A stretch of 64,000 nucleotides of DNA from an uncultured Candidatus Saccharibacteria bacterium (GTDB lineage: Bacteria > Patescibacteriota > Minisyncoccia > Phycocordibacterales > UBA9973): the NCBI GenBank assembly GCA_964397435.1, contig CAYNHU010000002.1, positions 17,423 to 81,422 of the forward strand. The letters are read 5' to 3'. Shown here piece after piece: positions 56,076 through 64,000 of the stretch; the first letter of the stretch is position 1; each line of letters begins with the position of its first letter. The translations under genes and the position numbers were made by a program. The notes under the pieces are model-generated. The model saw only the letters and a program-made list of their open reading frames with translations. It ran no database searches and was not told the DNA's origin.

Positions 56076-57830
56076 ATGAAACATCAGACCTGCCAAGATT
56101 GTAAGCTTTCGTTTGCTATCGATACTGACGATCAAAATTTTTATGAACGTATGCATGTTCCCCTTCCGACGTTTTGCCCGCAGTGTCGTTGGAAGCGTCG
56201 CGCAGCATATCGCAATCAGCAGCGATTGTTTCGAGCAACTGATGCATTCACTGGAGAAAAAATTTTCTCACTTTTTCCTGATGAAGCAAAAATGTGTGTT
56301 GTTACACAGGATGAATGGTTCTCTGATTCATGGGACGCAATGACCTATGGTCGTGACTATAATTTTTCACGAAACTTTTTTGAACAGTTATTTGAGTTGC
56401 AGCGTGAGGTTCCCGCATATGCTTTGAACGTAAAACAAATGGTTGATAGTCCGTATACTGCAAACGCTTCATATCTCAAAAATTGTTACATGCTCTTTAA
56501 TTCAAATACGTCTGAAAACTGTTTGTACGGAAACAGTGTTGATGTGTGTCGTGACTGCGTTGATAATACACACATTGCAAACTGCGAAATGTGTTACGAA
56601 GGTTTTTGGTTACAGAATTGTTACCAATGTTACTACACAATCATGAGTGTTGATTGTCGTAGCATGTGGTTCTCTCGTGACTGTCTTGGCTGCACTGATT
56701 GTTTTGGTTGTGTGAATTTGCGTAAATCATCGTACTGTATTTTCAACAAGCAATATTCAAAAGAAGAGTATCAGGAAAAAGTGAAAGCAATGAATTTGGA
56801 TACAGAGGAAGGAGTTCGCGCGGCAGGCGAAGCCTGCCGCGCCTTCTGGGTAACGCAACCAAACAAATACCACCAAGGTCTCAAAAATCTCGGTTCATCT
56901 GGTTCATACGTTTCACACTGTAAAAATGTTCGCGATAGTTACCTTGTTCGTGAAAGTGAGAACCTTCGATATTGCCAAAACATGCTCGTTCCAGGAAACA
57001 AGGATTGTTACGATACTTCATTCTGGGGTGAGAAAACAGAACTCAACTATGAAACAAGTATCTGTGGTGAGAACTCCTACAATCTCAAGTTTTCATGGGA
57101 CTGCTGGCCAAACGTTCGGGATAGTGAATACTGTATTCGCGTTAAGTCATCTTCAAGCTGTTTTGGTTGTGTCGGTCTAACTAACGCCCAATACTGTATT
57201 TTCAACAAACAGTACTCAAAGGAAGACTATGAAACCCTTGTTTCACGCATTAAAGAACAGATGAACAATATGCCATATATTAGTAAAGATGGCTGTGAAT
57301 ACCGGTATGGCGAGTTCTTCCCAATTGATTTCGTACCATTTGGATACAACAATTCCCTTGCCACGGAGCATTTCAACTACTCAAAAGACGAGGCGTTACA
57401 CAAGGGGTATCCTTGGATTGAGGTTGATCGAGGTAGTTACACGATTACCGTGAAACCAGAAAATATCCCAGAACGAAGTAGTGACGCCCCCGATTCGTTT
57501 ATCAATGAAATTCTTGAGTGTGAAACATGTCACTATGCGTTCCGTATCATCGCTGACGAGCTCACATTTCTTAAGCGACACGGACTCCCCCTCCCACGAC
57601 AGTGCTTTGATTGCAGGCGAGAGCGTCGCCTCAAGGACATATTGTCCTCTGTCCTATACGATCGAGTGTGTATGTGTGGAGGAGAACAAGATGAAACAGG
57701 GTTGTATCGAAACTCCGTTTCACATTCACATGGAACTGTCCCCTGCCGTGAAAGCATCACAACAGGGTTCAACCCAAATCTCGGGGCGATCGTTTACTGC
57801 GATAATTGCTACCAACAAGAGACTTCATAA
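56076..57830 (+). CDS. Cys-rich protein (584 aa, 48 Cys, about 8%) with N- and C-terminal zinc-ribbon-like duplicated motifs and internal CxxC repeats
   Basis: N-terminus CQDC...VPLPTFCPQCRWKRR matches C-terminal CETC...LPLPRQCFDCRRERR. Internal repeats CFGCVNLRKSSYCIFNKQYSKEEY and CFGCVGLTNAQYCIFNKQYSKEDY. No TM segment. Confidence 0.7.
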   Translation: MKHQTCQDCKLSFAIDTDDQNFYERMHVPLPTFCPQCRWKRRAAYRNQQRLFRATDAFTGEKIFSLFPDEAKMCVVTQDEWFSDSWDAMTYGRDYNFSRNFFEQLFELQREVPAYALNVKQMVDSPYTANASYLKNCYMLFNSNTSENCLYGNSVDVCRDCVDNTHIANCEMCYEGFWLQNCYQCYYTIMSVDCRSMWFSRDCLGCTDCFGCVNLRKSSYCIFNKQYSKEEYQEKVKAMNLDTEEGVRAAGEACRAFWVTQPNKYHQGLKNLGSSGSYVSHCKNVRDSYLVRESENLRYCQNMLVPGNKDCYDTSFWGEKTELNYETSICGENSYNLKFSWDCWPNVRDSEYCIRVKSSSSCFGCVGLTNAQYCIFNKQYSKEDYETLVSRIKEQMNNMPYISKDGCEYRYGEFFPIDFVPFGYNNSLATEHFNYSKDEALHKGYPWIEVDRGSYTITVKPENIPERSSDAPDSFINEILECETCHYAFRIIADELTFLKRHGLPLPRQCFDCRRERRLKDILSSVLYDRVCMCGGEQDETGLYRNSVSHSHGTVPCRESITTGFNPNLGAIVYCDNCYQQETS

Positions 57831-57836
57831 AAAAAA

Positions 57837-57866
57837 GAACCGCTACACGTGTAGCGGTTTCTTGTT
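57837..57866 (+). terminator. rho-independent terminator GAACCGCTACACGTGTAGCGGTTC + TTGTTT
   Basis: Perfect 10 bp stem after the stop. Confidence 0.6.
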
Positions 57867-57887
57867 TCACTTTTGTTGTGAAACGAA

Positions 57888-58469
57888 TTAGGTAAAATCA
57901 AATACGTATTGTTTCGTCCTCTTTCTCTCGGGTATTATGAAGATGATGTATTTCCACTCTTCTTTCTTAAAGTCACGTACCTTTGAACGTTTCAGCAAAA
58001 ATTGAAATAGTTCGTGGTGTCTGTCCTTAAGTTTTTGTTCGAGCGCGCATACAACCTGCAAACTTTTTTGGTAGGCAGTCAGCGTCTTATCAAACAGAGG
58101 GCACAGTTTAACTACTGCTCTGTCTAAACTATCGCAGGTTTTTTGTAATCGTGCGATGTCTTCATTTGTAGTATTCGTTCTGGCATCTTCTTCTGAAAGA
58201 GTCGCAACTGCGTGTAAACATTCAAGTTCGCTGTCTTCAACAGCTGTAATCTTTTGCGTAATAGTTAGTACCTCAGTGGTAAGGCTATCAACCGTATTGT
58301 GTGCCTGGCTCAGTTTGAACTTAAGCCACAAAATACTGTCTTCAATACAGGTGCGCTGGTATTTTTGCTCAGGTCCCTGGCGCTTAAGGTAAAACATTTT
58401 GGTTGTTTGTGCTTGTACGTAGGTATTGAGCATGCTCAATAAAGCTACAATGTAGAATAGTTTTTTCAT
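57888..58469 (-). CDS. secreted hypothetical protein (193 aa)
   Basis: Signal peptide MKKLFYIVALLSMLNTYVQA. Confidence 0.5.
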   Translation of the reverse strand: MKKLFYIVALLSMLNTYVQAQTTKMFYLKRQGPEQKYQRTCIEDSILWLKFKLSQAHNTVDSLTTEVLTITQKITAVEDSELECLHAVATLSEEDARTNTTNEDIARLQKTCDSLDRAVVKLCPLFDKTLTAYQKSLQVVCALEQKLKDRHHELFQFLLKRSKVRDFKKEEWKYIIFIIPERKRTKQYVFDFT

Positions 58470-58588
58470 GATATTTCCTTTTTTGAATGAATATTATTCT
58501 TAGTTTTAGCATACAATCAGGTTTTTACAAATGATGTGTGATTGGTAGATAAGTTGCCAATTTTAACCGCTCACGTATACTTTATACT

Positions 58589-58963
58589 ATGGAAAAAGCA
58601 CCACATATCCCTGAACAGAAAGCGACAAGTCCTGTTGGGCATAAACCAGAAACTACACCACGCAAATTTGAAGGAATGCATGACTATCTTTCAAATATTC
58701 GCGTGCTCGATTTTGAATACAAAAAGAATGGTATTGCCGGATTGTTTACATATATCAAAGACCATAAACTTGAAACATGGGATGGCTATGTAGAACGTGT
58801 TCGCGGAACCAATCCCGACCTCCTCGCAAAACTTGAACGTGATGTTGCCGCATATCCTGAGGCACGCGAAAATATTAGAGCCTACATTGAGCGTATCAAT
58901 GATGCAGATAATCCATCAGATTTATTTTACGCCTACCAAGATCTCAAAGATTATTTCTCCTAA
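58589..58963 (+). CDS. hypothetical protein (124 aa)
   Basis: ORF preceded by TTGCCA-N16-TATACT, where the -10 box ends 8 bp before the ATG. Followed by a hairpin terminator at 58973-59005. Confidence 0.5.
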   Translation: MEKAPHIPEQKATSPVGHKPETTPRKFEGMHDYLSNIRVLDFEYKKNGIAGLFTYIKDHKLETWDGYVERVRGTNPDLLAKLERDVAAYPEARENIRAYIERINDADNPSDLFYAYQDLKDYFS

Positions 58964-59027
58964 AAATAAAAAAACGAACCAGTTGAAGATTGGTTCGTTT
59001 TTTGTTAAGCTACATCAAAATCATTCT

Positions 59028-59513
59028 ATGAAACCTTGGATAATGACACATGCTGAAGCGTATGCAAATTGCTGTCTATTTGGAGGTCATCGCAGAACTG
59101 TGCATGTTGTAAATAACCAGTTCGGACTTCCATTTATAGGTGCATTTTCTACAATTACCACGATACAAGATATTGCACAATTATTTCAACACCCAATCAT
59201 TATTGCTAACGGAGATGCAGATTCGCACAAATCGTTATTTGTCGGTTTATGTTTCCGTCCGCGCGATACTCAAATTGAGTGTTATATCTACACTGAACCA
59301 GGTAAACGTATTTTGCATTCGTCTTACCAAATTAAACCATACACACCGGTTGTGATGTTTATCAAAGGCGATATTCGAACAATGCGTTTTTCTATTCATG
59401 AAGGTGCTGCACCTCCCTACACAACTGTATGTACGTTTGTTCCCAACTCACCACATTTTGGATTTGTCTCCATCGATGATGATGTCTATATTGAACCAAC
59501 GAGACCTAATTAA
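59028..59513 (+). CDS. hypothetical protein (161 aa)
   Basis: Start MKPWIM chosen downstream of the preceding terminator. The longer ORF from 58797 overlaps the previous gene. Confidence 0.45.
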   Translation: MKPWIMTHAEAYANCCLFGGHRRTVHVVNNQFGLPFIGAFSTITTIQDIAQLFQHPIIIANGDADSHKSLFVGLCFRPRDTQIECYIYTEPGKRILHSSYQIKPYTPVVMFIKGDIRTMRFSIHEGAAPPYTTVCTFVPNSPHFGFVSIDDDVYIEPTRPN

Positions 59514-59532
59514 TTTCTACACGATGTATATT

Positions 59533-59566
59533 AAAAGCGCCTTCGCTTCGCGAAGGCGCTTTTTTC
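59533..59566. terminator. bidirectional terminator AGCGCCTTCG-CTTCG-CGAAGGCGCT flanked by A4/T6
   Basis: Perfect 10 bp stem between convergent genes. Confidence 0.7.
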
Positions 59567-59573
59567 TTGCATA

Positions 59574-60092
59574 TTAATTTTTTGCAATCGGATCCATTCC
59601 TGCCCACAAGTTCATTGTGTTGAGGTGCGTCTGTCCAGTCATTTTGAGATACATGAACAATTGCATCTTGTATGCCGGAGCCCATTTGAACGGACCATTC
59701 AAAAGATGCATTGCTCGAGTTTGCTTTCGTCCATAGATGACGACTGGAGTGTTGAGTTCTTTTTCGGTCATCGCGCCGACAGTCTGTTGGATATAGTCAG
59801 CTTCTTTGTCCATGAGTTCTCCAAAGTTTTCGATGGTTACTTCTGGAAGTGAAGCATTCCACTGTTCAGAAATTGCAGGGTTCCATCCTTCTGCCGCAGC
59901 ACTATCTGCCTCTTTGGTTGCCTGTACCGCTGAGCCAAATATCGTGCACATGAATTTCATGAGTTCATGTGTTGAACGCTGCTTAGGTGTTGGTCGGAAT
60001 TCCAAATCCTCAGGTTTAACTTTTGCGACTAAGTGTTTGATGACATTGAATTCAAAACAAATGCCATCGATGTATTCTTGTTTGGTGATCAT
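59574..60092 (-). CDS. hypothetical protein (172 aa), possibly DinB/YfiT-like four-helix bundle
   Basis: ORF with its own terminator. The DinB-like assignment is tentative and rests on size and His spacing only. Confidence 0.4.
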   Translation of the reverse strand: MITKQEYIDGICFEFNVIKHLVAKVKPEDLEFRPTPKQRSTHELMKFMCTIFGSAVQATKEADSAAAEGWNPAISEQWNASLPEVTIENFGELMDKEADYIQQTVGAMTEKELNTPVVIYGRKQTRAMHLLNGPFKWAPAYKMQLFMYLKMTGQTHLNTMNLWAGMDPIAKN

Positions 60093-60118
60093 AGGGGTAG
60101 TATAGCAGAAATGTGAAT

Positions 60119-61603
60119 TTATTTTTTTACTCCGTGTTTACTGCGAATTTTTAACAACTCTTCTTCTTCTGTTTCCTTTTTTGCTTTTTTACCCTCTTCC
60201 CCTTTTACTCGCAATTCAGCATCAGAGAGTTCATTGAGTTCGAGTACTCGTTTTTTTAAATACTCAACTTCATTGGTATCCGGATTTTCGAGTGCTTCTT
60301 CGAGAAGCGCATGCAAGATCCACCCCATGCGTGGTCCCGGCTTGATACCAAGTTCTTTAATCATCACTTCCCCATTTATTTTGAGCATGCCGACAGATGT
60401 TGGTGCGCGCAATGCTTCTTCGATCATTGCGTGATATTTACGCAATCGATACGGAGCCTCAGCTTTTTTCATACCAACACGATCGCATTCACGAACCTGC
60501 ATCAACTCCCAAATATGTTCACGGCCAATATTTACAATGGTGCGTCGCACTGCTGAAAGTGTAATTGTCTCAGTGTCAGAAAAGAACATGTGATAGCGAA
60601 CAAGTTTCGTAACTAGTTCTGAGAGGTCTTTTGGATAACGAAGACGAGCCATAATTTTTGCAGTCATTCGTGCACCTACAACTTCATGTCCATAGAATGT
60701 TGGTTTGAGTTTGCCAGGACGTTTAGTTCGTGGTTTACCAATATCATGGAAGAGTGCAGCTAAACGAATCGCAAGCGACCACTCTTTTTCTGCTGCATGT
60801 CCGAGTGCTTGAAGTAAATGTTCAAATACATCATATATATGTGCACCTCCCTGCTCGTTTCCAATACCTTCGCGAAGTTCAGGAATGAGTTCTTGTAACA
60901 AACCAAGACGCTCGAGCATTCCAACACCAACCATCGGTTCTTGCGATTCAATAATTTTTGTAAATTCATCACGCTTACGTTCCCATGAAATATGTTCAAG
61001 GAGGTGTGAGTTTTCCACAATGCCCTGCATTGTTTCGGAACCGATAGAAAAACCTAATTGTGTGGAAAACCTCACAGCACGCAACATGCGTAATGCGTCT
61101 TCACGAAAACGTTCAGATGCATCACCAACAGCACGAATGACTTTGTCCTTCATATCACGGACACCATCAAATTCATCAACGAGCAGTCCGTTAGTAGGAT
61201 TGTATGCCAAAGCATTGACCGTGAAATCGCGTCTTTTTAAATCATCAAGCAAATTAAGGCTAAAAGAGACATCATCAGGATGTCTGTTATCGCTATACCC
61301 TGTTTCGAGACGATAGGTTGTAATTTCGATTACTTTGAGTGTTGGATCAGTTTCTTCCTCGTATACAATACCAACTGTTCCAAACATGTTTTCATACACA
61401 GCTTTTGGGTAGAGTTCTTGAATTTGTTCTGGTGTAGCATTTGTTGCGATATCCCAATCTTTTGGTTTTCTTCCAAGGAAAATATCTCGCACACAACCAC
61501 CAACGATGTATGCTTCATATCCAGCTGTTTCAAGTACGCCAAGAGCCTCGATTACTCGAGTTGGAATATCTTCTCTTTTGATCGTAGTTTGGCTTAGAGC
61601 CAT
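60119..61603 (-). CDS. cca: CCA-adding tRNA nucleotidyltransferase with HD domain
   Basis: Pol-beta nucleotidyltransferase motif GGCVRDIFLG...DWDIAT and HD phosphohydrolase domain HDIGK. Start MALSQTT at 61603 abuts tRNA-Gly; the ORF extension to 61654 overlaps the tRNA. Confidence 0.85.
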   Translation of the reverse strand: MALSQTTIKREDIPTRVIEALGVLETAGYEAYIVGGCVRDIFLGRKPKDWDIATNATPEQIQELYPKAVYENMFGTVGIVYEEETDPTLKVIEITTYRLETGYSDNRHPDDVSFSLNLLDDLKRRDFTVNALAYNPTNGLLVDEFDGVRDMKDKVIRAVGDASERFREDALRMLRAVRFSTQLGFSIGSETMQGIVENSHLLEHISWERKRDEFTKIIESQEPMVGVGMLERLGLLQELIPELREGIGNEQGGAHIYDVFEHLLQALGHAAEKEWSLAIRLAALFHDIGKPRTKRPGKLKPTFYGHEVVGARMTAKIMARLRYPKDLSELVTKLVRYHMFFSDTETITLSAVRRTIVNIGREHIWELMQVRECDRVGMKKAEAPYRLRKYHAMIEEALRAPTSVGMLKINGEVMIKELGIKPGPRMGWILHALLEEALENPDTNEVEYLKKRVLELNELSDAELRVKGEEGKKAKKETEEEELLKIRSKHGVKK

Positions 61604-61610
61604 AATAACT

Positions 61611-61684
61611 TGGTGCGGGTAGGGAGAATCGAACTCCCGTCTCATCCTTGGCAAGGACGTGTTCTACCACTAAACCATACCCGC
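61611..61684 (-). tRNA. tRNA-Gly (anticodon GCC), CCA encoded
   Basis: Manual cloverleaf fold: acceptor GCGGGTA/TACCCGC, anticodon loop TTGCCAA, T-loop TTCGATT. Confidence 0.85.
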
Positions 61685-61824
61685 GTTTATAAATGGTAAC
61701 GTGGACCATTATATATAAAGTTTTATTATTTTGCAATTGTGTGTATAATAACTGACGTTACTCGTTAGTAAAAACAAGTTAAATACGCTAGTAAGATATC
61801 CAGAAGTTCTTAGACGAGGTATCT

Positions 61825-61899
61825 GCACCCATGGTGAAATGGATATCACAACGGTCTTCGGAACCGTTATTGGGGGTTCGAATCCCTCTGGGTGCACCA
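61825..61899 (+). tRNA. tRNA-Arg (anticodon TCG), CCA encoded
   Basis: Manual fold: acceptor GCACCCA/TGGGTGC, D-stem GTGA/TCAC, anticodon stem ACGGT/ACCGT with loop CTTCGGA, T-loop TTCGAAT. Confidence 0.75.
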
Positions 61900-61903
61900 A
61901 GCA

Positions 61904-61945
61904 ATCCCCCAGCGCCGGCTATGCCGGCGCTGGGGGATTTTCTTA
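61904..61945 (+). terminator. terminator ATCCCCCAGCGCCGGC-TAT-GCCGGCGCTGGGGGAT + TTTCTT after tRNA-Arg
   Basis: 16 bp perfect stem. Confidence 0.6.
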
Positions 61946-62234
61946 TACCCATCCTACATAGATGACCTATAGCAACTACGGAGCCATTAGAAAGGCCCTG
62001 GACTCACACATTTGACAAACACTCTCCTATTGCATAATTCTGTCAATCCCACTACTATGTCCTTTTCCCCATTTTTTAACCTTATTTTTCAATAGTATGT
62101 GGATAAGTCTGTGTACTATGTTTATAAAAGACATCATTTCGTATTGTCTAATTATTGCGTCTTTTATGAAAAAAGCTTGATAAATAAGGATATTTTGATT
62201 TTTAGGACTACTAATCCCCAACCCAGAATCTAAA

Positions 62235-62502
62235 TGTTTCACGTGAAACACTTAAATAGTAACTGTTTCATATGAAACAGGTTAAGACATTAAAAATCTT
62301 AAATATAAAACACGAAGTGTTACACATGAAACAAAAAGCACCAAAAACAGTGAAACAAATAAATTTAGATCCTTTTTATTTATATTTTATAGCTTATATC
62401 TATAATAACTGTTACACATGAAACACTGTATTTAAATCATGTCTCAGTACACAGATTGAAATACTTTTTGTTTATTAACCATAAAACGTTTCATGTGTAA
62501 CA
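62235..62502. repeat. array of six related palindromic/inverted 15-18 bp motifs (TGTTTCACGTGAAACA, CTGTTTCATATGAAACAG, TGTTACACATGAAACA x2, GTGAAACA half-site, TGTTTCATGTGTAACA) upstream of yraN
   Basis: Copies at 62235-62250, 62263-62280, 62318-62333, 62347-62358, 62410-62425 and 62488-62502. The last ends 4 bp before the yraN ATG. Related CACGTG-cored palindromes also occur inside yraN (GTTTCACGTGAAAG at about 62683 and TGTCACGTGACA at about 62753). Confidence 0.55.
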
Positions 62503-62505
62503 CTT

Positions 62506-62910
62506 ATGCCGAGAGTTTTCACATCAAAAAGCCAAAAAATAGGACAAATAGGAGAAAAACTTGCCGCTCTATATCTTACAAAACAAGGTTTTAGTATTAA
62601 AGATATTAACTATACAAAACCATGGGGTGAGATAGATATTGTTGCTTTAAAAGACAATATAATTCATTTTATAGAAGTAAAATCAGTTTCACGTGAAAGT
62701 AAATCTGGTTTAGCTATTAAAAATAAGGATTTATATAGGCCAGAAGAAAATCTGTCACGTGACAAGTTGCGTAAACTCTATAGGACAATAGGGTTATATC
62801 TAAAAGACAAAAATATGACCGATAGGGTAGAGTGGCAACTGGACCTCATTTGCGTATACCTTGAGCCGTCTAAAAAGATGGGTAAAGTTAAGTATCTTGA
62901 AAATATCTGA
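62506..62910 (+). CDS. yraN: YraN/UPF0102-family predicted endonuclease
   Basis: Motifs GEIDIVAL...IHFIEVK fit the UPF0102 (PD-(D/E)xK-like) signature. Length is 134 aa. Confidence 0.75.
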   Translation: MPRVFTSKSQKIGQIGEKLAALYLTKQGFSIKDINYTKPWGEIDIVALKDNIIHFIEVKSVSRESKSGLAIKNKDLYRPEENLSRDKLRKLYRTIGLYLKDKNMTDRVEWQLDLICVYLEPSKKMGKVKYLENI

Positions 62911-63185
62911 AATAAGTAAAGACAGGTCGGCGTGTGTGGGTTTGTTTGTATTTTGGATTGCCTGTGTTTTTATGTAGATTTTTGTATCTTTATTGATATA
63001 CATAATTGATATACATATACAGCAGAGCAGGGTGGGGTGGTTTTTAAAAGTCCTCAAATAAAGCCCCCTAAAAAAAGAGTACTCTAAATAACACTCTAAT
63101 ATCACATAACTACCACATAAATCTGTTGCAAATATTGTATAAAATAAAAAATATGCTACTATAGGCTGGTCGCATGACATTTTTT

Positions 63186-63256
63186 CGGGGTGTAGTATAT
63201 CGGTAGTATACATGTTTTGGGAACATGAGGGCCGGGTTCGATTCCCGGCACCCCGA
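63186..63256 (+). tRNA. probable tRNA-Pro (anticodon TGG), CCA not encoded
   Basis: Acceptor CGGGGTG/CACCCCG, T-arm CCGGG-TTCGATT-CCCGG, anticodon stem CATGT/ACATG with loop TTTGGGA. The D-arm/position-26 geometry is atypical in the manual fold. Confidence 0.55.
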
Positions 63257-63268
63257 CACTAAAAATAT

Positions 63269-63628
63269 ATGGATATTGAAAAAGTAAAAAACATGGCACC
63301 TGCACCAGTTGGTGCTGTAAAGGATCAGTTTGTTGGTTTCATAAACTTTATTCGTGAGCAAGGCGTTGTTGGACTTGCAGTCGGTTTCATTTTGGGTGGG
63401 GCAGTATCAAAGACTGTTTCTTCACTTGTTGAAAACGTTATCAACCCACTTGTTGGTATTTTGCTCGGCAAAGTAAACCTTACTGATCGAGCTCTCGTTG
63501 TTGGCTCAGCGACACTCAAATACGGCGCTTTTATTTCAACACTAATTGATTTTGTTATTATCGCAGCGGTTGTGTACTTTGGAGTTCGCGCACTTGGCCT
63601 CGATAAGTTGGACAAGAAAAAGCAGTAA
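63269..63628 (+). CDS. mscL: large-conductance mechanosensitive channel MscL
   Basis: 119 aa with TM1 motif VVGLAVGFILGGAVSKTVSSLVENVINPLVG, a second TM helix and a K-rich C-terminus. Confidence 0.9.
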   Translation: MDIEKVKNMAPAPVGAVKDQFVGFINFIREQGVVGLAVGFILGGAVSKTVSSLVENVINPLVGILLGKVNLTDRALVVGSATLKYGAFISTLIDFVIIAAVVYFGVRALGLDKLDKKKQ

Positions 63629-63703
63629 ACTGTAAAAACAGTAACTTGTGAAGTTTCTAGTAAGTTGTTTTTCTACTGGTTTCTGGTAAGATGACCAGTA
63701 CAT

Positions 63704-63774
63704 GCGGGATTAGTTAAATGGTATAACTCTAGTTTTCCAAACTAGTGTCGGGGGTTCGATTCCCCCATCCCGCA
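63704..63774 (+). tRNA. tRNA-Gly (anticodon TCC), CCA not encoded
   Basis: Canonical cloverleaf: GCGGGAT/ATCCCGC acceptor, D-loop AATGGTA, anticodon stem CTAGT/ACTAG with loop TTTCCAA, T-arm GGGGG-TTCGATT-CCCCC. Confidence 0.8.
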
Positions 63775-63784
63775 CAGCATTTTT

Positions 63785-64000
63785 ATGACACTCATCATTT
63801 TAATTATATTGCTTGCCGTATCGGCATTACTCTCGGGTCTCGTTATTGGTCTCATGGGATTGGATATTTACGCGCTTCGTCGAAAAGTTCGAAGTGGTAA
63901 TAAAGACGCGCTCAAAGTGTACGAAATCCGAAAAGAGGGAACATTACTCCTCACCACACTTTTGCTTGGTAACGTCGCGATCAACTCAGCTGTTTCAATT
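63785..64000 (+). CDS. CNNM/CorC/HlyC-family transporter, N-terminal DUF21 domain (3' end outside window)
   Basis: Unlisted ORF open to the window end: MTLIILIILLAVSALLSGLVIGLMGLDIYALRRKVRSGNKDALKVYEIRKEGTLLLTTLLLGNVAINSA matches the DUF21 TM pattern. Confidence 0.55.
   Translation, partial: MTLIILIILLAVSALLSGLVIGLMGLDIYALRRKVRSGNKDALKVYEIRKEGTLLLTTLLLGNVAINSAVSI

Noticed and set aside
58797-59027. 5' extension of the 59028-59513 gene (GTG start at 58797).
   Set aside because: It would overlap the 58589-58963 gene and read through that gene's terminator hairpin. An internal ATG at 59028 lies after the terminator.
61604-61654. N-terminal extension of the cca ORF.
   Set aside because: It overlaps the tRNA-Gly(GCC) gene on the same strand. 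The start MALSQTT at 61603 is adjacent to the tRNA 3' end.
62027-62251. 74 aa minus-strand ORF in the tRNA-yraN spacer. Also two ORFs at 62800-63361 on the minus strand.
   Set aside because: The translations are low-complexity and atypical in composition. They overlap the palindromic repeat array, or overlap tRNA-Pro and intergenic DNA, so are probably not coding.
62235-62502. Palindromic repeat array considered as a CRISPR array.
   Set aside because: The repeats are not identical, the spacing is irregular (28-92 bp), the units are palindromic operators rather than direct repeats, and no cas genes are nearby.

Overview
This 64 kb window has about 40% GC and is gene-dense. It looks like the chromosomal replication-origin region of a small-genome, probably monoderm bacterium, possibly CPR/Patescibacteria-like. 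That placement is inference from short-form YidC, a PrgI/VirB4/VirB6 Gram-positive-type secretion cluster, many small orphan proteins and near-leaderless promoters.

Housekeeping content:
- Recombination and translation genes: ruvB, a short YebC-family gene, ruvC, tyrS and a class A PBP.
- The origin block: dnaN and dnaA with DnaA-box clusters on both sides of dnaA, then yidD, rnpA and rpmH co-directional with dnaA, and a divergent yidC-jag pair.
- Other core genes: ksgA, pcrA/uvrD, comM, a dksA-like gene, a TerC-family gene, pnp with a leader stem-loop, rpsO, xerC/D, xth, a DedA-family gene, mscL and the CCA-adding enzyme gene.
- Four tRNAs: Gly-GCC, Arg-TCG, probably Pro-TGG, and Gly-TCC.

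Most notable features:
1. A roughly 14.7 kb minus-strand operon (13394-28122) encodes a Gram-positive-type type IV secretion-like apparatus. It has a VirB4 ATPase, a PrgI/VirB3-like protein, a large VirB6/TrbL-like polytopic protein with a His/Gly-rich tail, and a VirB2-like pilin with a Cys-rich extension. It also has several large secreted proteins and a peptidoglycan-binding beta-propeller protein. No VirD4 or relaxase is visible, so it resembles a ComB-like DNA-uptake or contact system more than a conjugation system. A comM gene and a pilB fragment lie elsewhere in the window.
2. A DnaA-box palindrome sits in the promoter of a 3-gene operon encoding a 1118 aa protein with a lipoyl/biotinyl-like domain.
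3. A 600 bp non-coding region beside the tRNA genes carries a perfect DnaA box and six copies of a TGTTTCA/TGAAACA palindromic motif upstream of yraN.
4. A 584 aa protein has 48 cysteines and duplicated zinc-ribbon termini.
5. A higher-GC two-gene cassette plus an NYN-domain gene is inserted between rpsO and pnp.
6. A shared AGGGTCTTGCAA-N17-TATTAT promoter drives rpmH and rpsO.
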